Of a stretch of 64,000 nucleotides of DNA, positions 9,263 through 17,150 are shown in pieces. The notes beneath the pieces were generated by a model. The model searched no databases and was not told the DNA's origin. It saw nothing but the letters and a program-made list of their open reading frames with translations. The stretch comes from Methanobacteriota archaeon (GTDB lineage: Archaea; Thermoplasmatota; SW-10-69-26; JACQPN01): the NCBI GenBank assembly GCA_016207515.1, contig JACQPN010000005.1, forward strand, positions 12,810-76,809, written 5' to 3'. A program made the position numbers and the translations under genes. The number at the start of each line of letters is the position of its first letter. Position 1 is the first letter of the stretch.

Positions 9263-9541
9263 GTGCGAAGGCTCGATGCGCGAGAGGCCGCCATCTGTTT
9301 CAAACTCTACCGACACGGCCGCGTCGGCGCCGGCCACATCCTCATTGACAACCTGGTGAAGGGCTTCCCCAGTCATGAATTGGGCGAAATCCGAGACTCC
9401 GTGGAGAAACTCATCCGGGATGGCGTTCTGGTGCCAAAAAGCACAGCCCATGGGAAGGCGGTCTACGTCAACACCCGACTCCGGCTCGACGTCTACGACA
9501 GGATACGCGAGCACAAGGATTTCGCGTGGCTGCCGAAATGA
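9263..9541 (+). CDS. possible small wHTH-like protein (start uncertain, GTG at 9263)
   Basis: C-terminal part of track ORF 9128-9541. EIRDSVEKLIRDGVLVPK resembles a wHTH wing. The 5' part of the track ORF overlaps the minus-strand regulator, so a later GTG start is proposed. Confidence 0.25.
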   Translation: MRRLDAREAAICFKLYRHGRVGAGHILIDNLVKGFPSHELGEIRDSVEKLIRDGVLVPKSTAHGKAVYVNTRLRLDVYDRIREHKDFAWLPK

Positions 9542-9692
9542 TGCTGGCGCGGCGCAACGTCGGACATCGGATTCCGTCCCGCCGATGGATGCCGTGTTAC
9601 GGGCAAATCCAAGTTCGAACGCCTTTTCAGCCGAGGGCGTAATGTGTTTCCGCGCTTCTTCTTGGAAAAATATTATCACGTTTAGTTTATAA

Positions 9693-9726
9693 CGCGCCCG
9701 CCGAGATTATCGCTTGGATTTGCCGG
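9693..9726. repeat. att-like repeat copy C (cgcgcccgccgagattatcgcttggatttgccgg)
   Basis: 16/16 identity to the tRNA-Arg 3' end, plus the shared 18-nt arm. See copy B. Confidence 0.65.
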
Positions 9727-9755
9727 TAAACCAAGTGCGTCGTTCCATCGGTTGT

Positions 9756-10580
9756 TTACTGTTTTGGCGCTAAGGCCAGTGGAGCGACGACGGCCCGATA
9801 GTCGTTGAGGGAAACGTCCAGATGACCAAGAGCCTTTGTCAAGTATTGGCTGCCGAGGACGGTCCGGACCCTGGTCGAGGCGTCGGGTAAGAGCCGGTGC
9901 ACGGCCTTTCGCATGGCGAGCGCGTCGGAGCCTCCGTGGGCGGCAAGGGCAAACAGATCGCAAAGGTCCTTCACCGCTTTGTCGTCCTTGGTCCGGTCGG
10001 GGAAACTGTGGAGTTTGGTGGCGACGAGGAGCGGCGTGGAGGGAAGGCACACGCTTGGCGCAAAGCCGGAGGCCCGCGGGTCGGGATCCTCCTCGGTGAA
10101 GGCCGTGGCAAGAAGGGGCTCGTCGATTGGGTCGAAACCGAGAATCTTGCGAGAGAGTGGGTGCCTCGCGGTGACCATCGGGTCCACGTAGAGCAGATGG
10201 TAGTGCACGTCCTCGATGCCCACCTTGGGCTCGACGCCCAAGGCCTCCCCCTGTTCATCCAACACCAGCCGGAAACGGAAAGCGCCCGAAGGCTCGAACC
10301 CCAGTTCGCGCAGGCGGTGCGGGGCCTTTGCCGCCGCACTTTTTGAGAACACGTCGGAGGACCACAGCGGGTCCACGAAATAGGCGAGATCGATGTCCCG
10401 GCTTCCGAAGTATTCCTGACCAAACGCGTTCTGCCACCCGTCTCTTACACGTAGGCGGACGGCGTGACCCCCGGCTAGCGCGACCGGGGTGGGGAGATCG
10501 TTCACGAGGGCGCTCAGGCGTCTTTCGCTCTCCCTGGTCAGGAGATTATCGTACACGGGCGTTGGCGACATGGTGCTCAC
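9756..10580 (-). CDS. AbiEii-like nucleotidyltransferase, paralog 2
   Basis: LAGGHAVRLRVRDGWQNAFGQEYFGSRDIDLAYF NTase signature. The KLHSFPDRTKDDKAVKDL block parallels paralog 1. It overlaps its upstream partner by 35 nt. Confidence 0.6.
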   Translation of the reverse strand: MSTMSPTPVYDNLLTRESERRLSALVNDLPTPVALAGGHAVRLRVRDGWQNAFGQEYFGSRDIDLAYFVDPLWSSDVFSKSAAAKAPHRLRELGFEPSGAFRFRLVLDEQGEALGVEPKVGIEDVHYHLLYVDPMVTARHPLSRKILGFDPIDEPLLATAFTEEDPDPRASGFAPSVCLPSTPLLVATKLHSFPDRTKDDKAVKDLCDLFALAAHGGSDALAMRKAVHRLLPDASTRVRTVLGSQYLTKALGHLDVSLNDYRAVVAPLALAPKQ

Positions 10581-11310
10581 GTTCGATCAGGAGTTCGGCG
10601 GCCTCGGCGGCGCTGCCGCCTTCCTGGAGGAGATCAACTATTACTTGCGGCAGCGGGGCGACGGGAATCTCTTTCCCGCCGACCTTTCGGACGCTGCGCT
10701 CGTCACGGACTAGGCTGTACGGGGCCGGGATCAGGCGGAAGTTCGAGCCACCGAGTTGTCCGCCCGCCTCTTCGAGGATGAGGCGTCTGGCTCGAAACAC
10801 GAAACCTCCATCCTCGACGAGGCTTGCTGCCTGGTAGTCGAGGTCGGCGGGTATGTACACATCCATGCGTCGCGGAAAGAGGTGGCCTGCGTACGCGTTC
10901 TCGGCGTAGTACGTGGTGGCCATGGCGGTAAGCGACACGAGGTCTTCTCCATCGTACATGTGGAGCGGCACTGGCGCTTTATCCAACAAGAGGAGCGCCT
11001 TTACGGGATCCGGCACGAAGAAGCCGAACCCGCGGGCCGGTTTTCTATGGTCCGCCCACCACCGATATGTTGCGGGCGCGTCGATGACGGTGATCGGCGG
11101 ACCGAGATCGATGAGACGCGCTGACGCGAGCTCATGGGTGATCTGGTGGGCCCACGAATAGGCGGTCTTCGCCGTCATGGCGAGCGCGTTGACGGAACGA
11201 AGGGCTTCCCTGGAGTAGCGAGGTAACGAGAGTGATCGGCCCGCGGCGCCTAGCAGGTGGCGCATCACGGTGTCGCGGGCTGGACTAGACCACTTATCTG
11301 CATTTGACAC
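10546..11310 (-). CDS. AbiEi-like regulator/antitoxin, paralog 2
   Basis: N-terminal HTH-like region. C-terminal IPVAPLPQVIVDLLQEGGSAAEAAELL matches the AbiEi C-terminal ..ERTLLDL.. type block. Confidence 0.5.
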   Translation of the reverse strand: MSNADKWSSPARDTVMRHLLGAAGRSLSLPRYSREALRSVNALAMTAKTAYSWAHQITHELASARLIDLGPPITVIDAPATYRWWADHRKPARGFGFFVPDPVKALLLLDKAPVPLHMYDGEDLVSLTAMATTYYAENAYAGHLFPRRMDVYIPADLDYQAASLVEDGGFVFRARRLILEEAGGQLGGSNFRLIPAPYSLVRDERSVRKVGGKEIPVAPLPQVIVDLLQEGGSAAEAAELLIEREHHVANARVR

Positions 11311-11315
11311 AGTTC

Positions 11316-11345
11316 ATCTACTCCACAGATATCCGTGATTCCTTA
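11316..11345 (-). promoter_or_regulatory. TATA box (TTTAAATATAA on minus strand) for the AbiEi/AbiEii-like operon 2
   Basis: AT-rich patch 11300-11390. The box lies about 30 nt upstream of the start at 11310. Confidence 0.4.
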
Positions 11346-11348
11346 TAT

Positions 11349-11912
11349 TTAAATACTTTGCAGATAACTACGCTTGGGCTTGGTCGAGACTTCAAAACAG
11401 AGGCTGCCCCGCGCGCACCATCGGCAGGTTGCGCCGGCCGGCGGTGGCGGGTCGAGGGCCAGGACATGGGCAACGTCGTCGAGGAAGGGCATGAACGCTT
11501 CGTCGTCCCTCTTCATCTCCACCCACGTTAGCGACCCGTCCAAGGACGCCTTGCCCTCCGCGTTGGCGTCGAATGTCGCCGGCGAGAAGCACAGCAGCCC
11601 CATGCGCTTCACGGGCGCGGCCGCGAACTGCCTCGCCGCCGGCTTCTCGAGCGCAATCGCGTAGGCGTGCAATTGCCGCGCGTAGAGCGCGATGTGTGCG
11701 TCCTTCGGGTCCGTGGTCTTGAAGTCGATGACGCAGTAGGTCCCGTCGTCGAACTTGATCAGGGTGTCGAAGATGCCTCTCAGGACTATCCCGCGCGACT
11801 CGCCGATGATTATCGGTTGGCTCTCCACCCACTGCCCCGCATGGGCGAACCGTCCGGGCGGCAGCCCCAGCCCAAGGTCGTCCGTCCGCGTCCCCATGAA
11901 ACGCGCCTTCAT
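11349..11912 (-). CDS. Cas4/RecB-like PD-(D/E)XK nuclease with Fe-S cysteine cluster
   Basis: Motifs GIFDTLIKFDDG (D), CVIDFKT (D-x-K) and YARQLHAY (QhxxY). C-terminal C-x2-C-x5-C (CRWCARGSLC) is as in Cas4/AddB nuclease domains. No N-terminal Cys is visible, and the in-frame upstream extension has no usable start. Confidence 0.55.
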   Translation of the reverse strand: MKARFMGTRTDDLGLGLPPGRFAHAGQWVESQPIIIGESRGIVLRGIFDTLIKFDDGTYCVIDFKTTDPKDAHIALYARQLHAYAIALEKPAARQFAAAPVKRMGLLCFSPATFDANAEGKASLDGSLTWVEMKRDDEAFMPFLDDVAHVLALDPPPPAGATCRWCARGSLCFEVSTKPKRSYLQSI

Positions 11913-12166
11913 CGCAGCGCTGGCGGAACCTTGGGTTCCGCCGCGCCGTGCGCAAGCCCGGCTTGCGCGACGGCATCGATGGTCGTGAAGATCTTGGGGA
12001 AGGGCGATGGCGGGCGACGGATCCCCTGGACCACTTTGAGGTAGAAGCAGCGCTTACACTCTTCCCAGAGGAAGGCGATATCCAGAGCCCGTAAAGAACG
12101 CGTCGGCGCCAGCGCCGTCGGTCCATCGTGTGTCTTTGCCAAAAAGAATTTTGTTGCCGGCGGAAA

Positions 12167-14146
12167 TCATACTACGGGCAATCCTACGTCTTGCAGGTAC
12201 CCAAAGGTCGGATCGTAGAATTCCGGCTTTCTCGTGGCGTCCGCCGCGTCCCCTTCTGGGACAACAATAATCATCCCTTGCCGGGCACGCGTCATGAGTA
12301 CGCGGTAGGCGTTCTTCAGATAGAGTTTTCTTTCGGGTGACTTGATCCGTTTCCACTGATCGCCATGAAACGACCAATGATCCCAACCCTTCTCATGGTA
12401 TCGTAAGTCCGCGTCCCATGCAACGCACGTCCAATCGAGTTCTAATCCCTGAACATGAAATTCCGTGGCTACGTCCTCCAAGTAGTACGAGGACCGGACG
12501 TCCTCTTTTCCATCTAAAAACCAATGCACGGGATCGACCGGCGATCGAACGTGGATGGCATGCGGTTTCAACCGCTCGGCTTGCGAAGAGACAACTATTC
12601 CGTACCGCTCCGACCCTCGGGCCTTCTCTTTCAGCCATGACTTGGCCGTACCCAAGCTCCGGGTCAATACAATCGGATAGCGGTCGGCTTGCCGAATCGA
12701 ACGCCGGGCGCCATCCAAATCGACGTCCAAGATCTGCTTCACGAGCAGTGAAACGTTCTCCGCTCGAAACGAACGCATCGACGTGGCAAGGTGGAGCTCC
12801 GACTTCATCGTCACGTTCGGTCGCGGGCCAAGTGAATCGATCGCTCGTCCCGCCGCATATTCGGTGTCATGTAAGCGCGGCGAAATGAAAATGCCCCAAT
12901 CGGGGTAAGATCGATTAAGTGATTCAATCCATTCGCTTATCCCGGCCTCGCCCGTGTTTATTTCTTGGCCTCCGCCTACGAGACAAATCACGACTGCCCA
13001 ATCCGGGTGCCGATCGAGGCACGAGATGAGGAATTCCGGCTCTGACATGGAAAACCCCGGACGCTGCTTCTTGCGACTCATGAACGCAGCTGTTTGCTTC
13101 CGGTTCCACGCACGCTGGGCTTCATCGAAGATTGCGACGCGCTCGATCGGGGGCCCGTCGTCCTTCAGGCATTCATCCCGGAAATTGTGGATATTTTGAA
13201 TGAACGCCTTAACGCGGCTCCGCGTTTCCCCGAGTCGGACCGAGTGCCCGGCCTCGTCCGACCGTCGCTTCTGGTCACGGGCAAGCGCTTCGCGCAGTAT
13301 CTTGACGAGTGGGCCGTTTCCGGACAGATATACTGCATGCAATTCGCTCTTGGCATCCATGTGCTCGGTCGCAACATTGAGTCCGACGAGCGTCTTGCCC
13401 GCGCCGGGGACGCCTGTGACAAAACAAATCACCTTGCGCGATTCCCCCCGGGCGGAATCTATTATTTCGGACAGAAGATGCGATGTCGCGGAAAGATTCA
13501 CCGCGCCGCCGTCGCTTCTCGCGATTTCGGTTACAGAGTGATTCCCGTAAAGCGCACACGCCGCCTCGATGATTGTTGGGGTCGGCCGATACCGACCGGA
13601 CGTCCATGCCCGCCGGTCTATTCGCAGACCCGGCGCCCGGGCCAGGATTTGACGCATGGTGGGTCCGAATGTCCGGAGGTTTGCGCGAATCGGGTCGAAC
13701 AGACCGTCGTTCAACCTTTCGGAAAGAACAGGCGACTCGGGGTCGCTCGCGCCTGTCGCGATCAGGACCGGTACAATGAAGGCGTGATGGCTGGCCTCAT
13801 GGAAATTCTTGAGGTCTAGCGCATAATCCCAAACTTGTTCAATGGCATGGCGAGGAAACGTCTTCTCGCCAACCTTGAATTCCAGAACGAGGATCACAGA
13901 GTCGAGAACCAGCACAACGTCAATCCGACGGCCCATCCTGGGAATCACGTACTCGAAAAAGATGGCACCATCCATGTTCCCGAGTGCCGCCTGAAGAAAA
14001 CCCACCTCTTCACGCCATGCGGCAAGCTGCGCTTCCGTTGGTGGAAGGCCGACTTGGCTTGCCTCAGCGGCCAGACGGTCGAGGATTGCGCTCCCATCGG
14101 CCTTGGAGAAGTCCGTGATTTCGCTGGAGTAAAAAGCCCGGTCCAT
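12167..14146 (-). CDS. DUF2075-type protein: N-terminal PD-(D/E)XK (Mrr/NERD-like) nuclease + P-loop ATPase + SF1-helicase-like C-terminal domain
   Basis: Nuclease motif [21 protein letters not shown]. Walker [11 protein letters not shown] and Walker [10 protein letters not shown]-terminal [15 protein letters not shown] resembles the UvrD-type helicase motif VI region. Confidence 0.7.
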   Translation of the reverse strand: MDRAFYSSEITDFSKADGSAILDRLAAEASQVGLPPTEAQLAAWREEVGFLQAALGNMDGAIFFEYVIPRMGRRIDVVLVLDSVILVLEFKVGEKTFPRHAIEQVWDYALDLKNFHEASHHAFIVPVLIATGASDPESPVLSERLNDGLFDPIRANLRTFGPTMRQILARAPGLRIDRRAWTSGRYRPTPTIIEAACALYGNHSVTEIARSDGGAVNLSATSHLLSEIIDSARGESRKVICFVTGVPGAGKTLVGLNVATEHMDAKSELHAVYLSGNGPLVKILREALARDQKRRSDEAGHSVRLGETRSRVKAFIQNIHNFRDECLKDDGPPIERVAIFDEAQRAWNRKQTAAFMSRKKQRPGFSMSEPEFLISCLDRHPDWAVVICLVGGGQEINTGEAGISEWIESLNRSYPDWGIFISPRLHDTEYAAGRAIDSLGPRPNVTMKSELHLATSMRSFRAENVSLLVKQILDVDLDGARRSIRQADRYPIVLTRSLGTAKSWLKEKARGSERYGIVVSSQAERLKPHAIHVRSPVDPVHWFLDGKEDVRSSYYLEDVATEFHVQGLELDWTCVAWDADLRYHEKGWDHWSFHGDQWKRIKSPERKLYLKNAYRVLMTRARQGMIIVVPEGDAADATRKPEFYDPTFGYLQDVGLPVV

Positions 14147-14293
14147 CCGTCCCGTCGAAGGGTGGCAGCCGATATGAAGGCTGGGATCGACGCGATGACG
14201 CGGAGGAACGTCCGGTCATGCTTGCGTCGCCTGGACCCCGTAATACCGAGATCCATGATCGGGCGAGGCGGGTGGCGTCGCAATTGCTCTTAG

Positions 14294-14367
14294 CGCGCCC
14301 GCCGAGATTCGAACTCGGGTCCTGAGGTCCGGAACCTCATGTCCTATCCAAGCTAGACTACGGGCGC
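14294..14367 (-). tRNA. tRNA-Arg (anticodon CCG), 74 nt, no encoded CCA, no intron
   Basis: Manual cloverleaf: acceptor GCGCCCG/CGGGCGC, D-stem GTCT/GGAC, anticodon stem TGAGG/CCTCA with loop TTCCGGA, T-arm CCGAG-TTCGAAT-CTCGG, discriminator G. TATA (GTTATATC) lies about 29 nt upstream. Confidence 0.8.
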
Positions 14368-14392
14368 AGTAAGGGGGCGGATTCCGTACCTC

Positions 14393-14403
14393 GATATAAC
14401 GTT
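14393..14403 (-). promoter_or_regulatory. TATA box of tRNA-Arg
   Basis: gatataacg on the forward strand (GTTATATC on minus), centred about 29 nt upstream of tRNA position 1. Confidence 0.5.
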
Positions 14404-14535
14404 GCCCTTGCTTTTCAGAACGGCTGGCCGGAGTTTTTCCGTGCACCCTAGCGGAACCTTCAGTTCCGCTGGGGCTAGGGAAGCTTCGCTTCCCTGCGCC
14501 GCTTTTTGCCGCTTGACGGCAAAAAGGGTGCTGTG

Positions 14536-14560
14536 CCTATCCAAGCTAGACTACGGGCGC
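14536..14560 (-). repeat. duplicated 25-nt tRNA-Arg 5' segment (positions 1-25: acceptor 5' strand + D-arm)
   Basis: 100% identical to 14343-14367. A promoter-like duplicate, about 80% identical to the tRNA TATA region, lies at 14657-14700 but is separated from the fragment by about 95 nt of hairpin-rich sequence. Confidence 0.6.
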
Positions 14561-14775
14561 CTGAAGCGGAGCGAAGCTCCGCGAAGCCCCGGGGACGAGG
14601 CCCGAAGGGCCGAGTCCACGAGGGCACGCGGGTTCGCCCTCAGGCGAAGCCGCGTGTAAGGGCCGGATTCCCTGCCCAGATATAACGGTGTCCCTGCGGT
14701 TCGAGATGGTTGGCAGATTCCTCCGGGGATGCGACCAATGGAGGTGACGTCGTTAGATGCTGGCGAGCGTTATTG

Positions 14776-15549
14776 TTACCCGCCCACCGAGTGCACCCTG
14801 AATGCTCCGGCCACGGTGTATTCGACGCTCAATGGCGCCACCCCTTCGTTCTCCCACAGCAGGCTGAAAATGTCCCGCCTCATGGCAGTGAACGTCCCCT
14901 CCCCTTCATGGGCGGTCTTTTCCACGTGGTTGGTGGTCACGCCGTCCTTGTGGCTGTGGACGTTGAAGTATATCATTCCGTCCGCCTCGACTACTTTCCA
15001 CTTGTAGGTGAGGGTCGCGTTTTCTTCCATTACGAGGTTGGCTTCGAGGAATTGCCTCGCCGCGATTGATTTGGTGTCCTTCAGTTCGGCGGTTGTGACC
15101 ACTTCACGCGTGAGAGTGATCGCGACCGTGTATGCCTCGTCGACTGCCCGTTGGGTGCGGACGATTATCTTCCATTTGCCCGGTAGTGGCGGCTCGACGG
15201 TCGCCACCGAGCTCTTCGTGTCGCTCTCTGGAAAGCCTGATCCCTGGTTCTTTCCCGAGGGGTCGAGCAGTGAGAAAGAGAGCGCGGATGCCGCCGATGC
15301 CCATGTGAGGTCGGCTTTGATGTCGACGACGCGCGCCTCGACGTCGAATTCGTGGATCTTCTCGCCGGGCGCGACGGGCGTTCCTGCGAGTCGGTCCGTG
15401 AAGGTGGTCTTGATCGGCGCCAATGGCTCGCTTGAGGTAGTCGGTGGCGTGGTCCCCGCCGCCGGGTCGTCATTTTGCTGGGTCACGCATCCCGAGAGAA
15501 GCATGAGGGCCAACGCAAGGTATGCAAGAGGGCTCCGATGGGCCGCCAT
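14776..15549 (-). CDS. secreted lipoprotein, unknown function
   Basis: Start re-assigned to MAAHRSPLAYLALALMLLSGC (signal peptide plus LSGC lipobox-like site). Thr/Ser-rich linker, then a beta-rich domain. Confidence 0.5.
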   Translation of the reverse strand: MAAHRSPLAYLALALMLLSGCVTQQNDDPAAGTTPPTTSSEPLAPIKTTFTDRLAGTPVAPGEKIHEFDVEARVVDIKADLTWASAASALSFSLLDPSGKNQGSGFPESDTKSSVATVEPPLPGKWKIIVRTQRAVDEAYTVAITLTREVVTTAELKDTKSIAARQFLEANLVMEENATLTYKWKVVEADGMIYFNVHSHKDGVTTNHVEKTAHEGEGTFTAMRRDIFSLLWENEGVAPLSVEYTVAGAFRVHSVGG

Positions 15550-15656
15550 CGTTTGGTCCAGCACAGGAAGTCGCCTTAAACCTTCTTGTGGGGGACGGTC
15601 GCGGGACCCGCCCATGGCGCCTAAAGTGTAAAGCGGGGTTAGCCGTTGGCAGGTCG

Positions 15657-17150
15657 ATGCCGCCGAAACAGACTGCCCGTAGCCTTCTCGAAAAGGGCTT
15701 GAAGCCGAAGACCCCAGGCGAGATGCTACGCGAGACCATCCTGACTTCACTCAGCAAGCTTCACTCCGACGGGTTCTCCCGCGAAGAGTCGATGCAAGCG
15801 CTCTTCCCGAACACGATACTCGATTCTGACGTCCTGGAGACCGTGACGTCGGCGCTCCTTTCCGGGAACAATTTTCTCGTCATCGGGCCCCCCGGTAGCG
15901 GGAAGACGACACTTGCGAAGGACGTGTGGCAACTATATCCCAAAGAAGGTGTCGCGGTGGAGACCTGCCCCGTGCAAGATGACCCGTTCTCGCTGGTGGA
16001 CGAGAAGTTCTCGAAGACGGCCCCCCCATGCCCCTACTGCAAGACGAGGTACGGTGGCGTTTCACTCCAAGAACTCGGCGAATTCGACCCGAAGGCGGTG
16101 AAACCGGACGAGGTGCCCGTGAAGCGGCTGCACTTGAGAGAGGGTTATGGTTTCGCGCGGGTCCAGGGCTCACCCGAGGTGTTCCCGGACAATCTCACCG
16201 GTTCTATCAACCTCTCGAAATTGGAAGAGTTGGGCGACCCCACGTCGCCCTTGGTGTTGGAGCCTGGGAAACTTTTGCAGGCAAACAGGGGCGTTCTCCT
16301 CATCGACGAGATCGGGAAGTTACCGAGGGGGACGCAAAACGTCCTTCTACAAGCACTCCAAGAACGGATCGTGACGCCGGCGAAATCAAGGGAAACGTTC
16401 CCGGCGAGTTTCATCGCCGTCACTACGTCCAACCTCGACGACCTCGACAACATCAGCGAGCCGTTGAACGATCGCCTCGTGAATCTCCAGGTTCCCTTCA
16501 ACAAGGACCATTCGAAGAACATGCGGATCGTTGAAGTGGCGTTCAGCGCGCAAAACGCCGTGAAGATCCCATGGGTGTTTCGCGAGGCGAGTGTGCACCT
16601 CATCGAGGAGTGGCGTAAGACCAGCCAAGGCCTCCCGGAACTCTACGAGGTGGGAAGCAACAGGAGCATGATCGACGTCCTACGCCGTTCCGAATCGTTT
16701 GCCGTCCTCGCCGGAAGCAGCGCTTTGAGGGCCGAGGACTTCGGCCGCGGGATAAAGGAGGCGATGCGGGGCCGCATCAGGGCACGCGGCTCAGACAGCC
16801 TCGACGAATCGCGTTCCATCGTCGACCAGTTCGTCGAGAAGACCTGGCGACGCTCGTTGGAGCGTTCCTGCGTCACCCACTGGTGCCTGTTCTTCGAGGG
16901 CGAGTTGAAGAAGGACCGGGCGGAGGCGGAGAGGGTGTTGAAGGAGGTGCGAAGTGTAGTCACCATGGACGCAGAAAAACAGGTGGAGGCGCTACGAGAC
17001 CACAGCCCGCACACGCGCTACAAGCGGTTCGCCGACCACGTGGGGCGCATGGAGCGCGCCACAAAGGCTGACGTCCCGGGAAACGTCGCAGGCACCATAG
17101 CGCTCTTCGACGAACTCAAGGTCTTTGACAAGGACCCGGCGAAGATCTGA
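15657..17150 (+). CDS. AAA+ ATPase, Mg-chelatase ChlI/MoxR-like, with C4 zinc-ribbon insertion
   Basis: Walker A FLVIGPPGSGKTTLAKD. Inserted CPVQDD...CPYCKTRYGG. Walker B / sensor region GVLLIDEIGKLPRGTQNVLLQALQERIVTPAKSRETFPASFIAVTTSNLDDLD is ChlI-like. Start re-assigned to the Met at 15657 (MPPKQTARSLLEKG). Confidence 0.75.
   Translation: MPPKQTARSLLEKGLKPKTPGEMLRETILTSLSKLHSDGFSREESMQALFPNTILDSDVLETVTSALLSGNNFLVIGPPGSGKTTLAKDVWQLYPKEGVAVETCPVQDDPFSLVDEKFSKTAPPCPYCKTRYGGVSLQELGEFDPKAVKPDEVPVKRLHLREGYGFARVQGSPEVFPDNLTGSINLSKLEELGDPTSPLVLEPGKLLQANRGVLLIDEIGKLPRGTQNVLLQALQERIVTPAKSRETFPASFIAVTTSNLDDLDNISEPLNDRLVNLQVPFNKDHSKNMRIVEVAFSAQNAVKIPWVFREASVHLIEEWRKTSQGLPELYEVGSNRSMIDVLRRSESFAVLAGSSALRAEDFGRGIKEAMRGRIRARGSDSLDESRSIVDQFVEKTWRRSLERSCVTHWCLFFEGELKKDRAEAERVLKEVRSVVTMDAEKQVEALRDHSPHTRYKRFADHVGRMERATKADVPGNVAGTIALFDELKVFDKDPAKI

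Larger units (their letters stand above)
7084..14367. mobile_element. putative integrated island / tandem cassette array at tRNA-Arg(CCG), defence-gene rich
   Basis: Bounded by the tRNA-Arg 3' end (14294) and three decaying copies of its 3' 16 nt embedded in a 34-nt repeat. Gene content is typical of defence islands, and the promoters are AT-rich in a GC-rich genome. No integrase is visible. Confidence 0.45.

Noticed and set aside
11392-12126. 244 aa minus-strand ORF overlapping the Cas4-like nuclease gene
   Set aside because: It is out of frame with the nuclease motifs, and its translation is Arg/Pro-rich junk. The in-frame upstream extension of the nuclease has no usable start before a stop at about 12054.
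14440-14620. Cluster of short perfect hairpins that superficially looks like a CRISPR-type repeat array
   Set aside because: The hairpins differ in sequence and there is no repeat-spacer periodicity. Treated instead as structured spacer or ncRNA (see findings).
14536-14710. Second intact tRNA gene downstream of the duplicated tRNA promoter
   Set aside because: Only tRNA positions 1-25 are present. No anticodon stem with U33, no T-arm (GGTTCGAAT-like) and no 3' acceptor strand follow before the promoter of the real tRNA.
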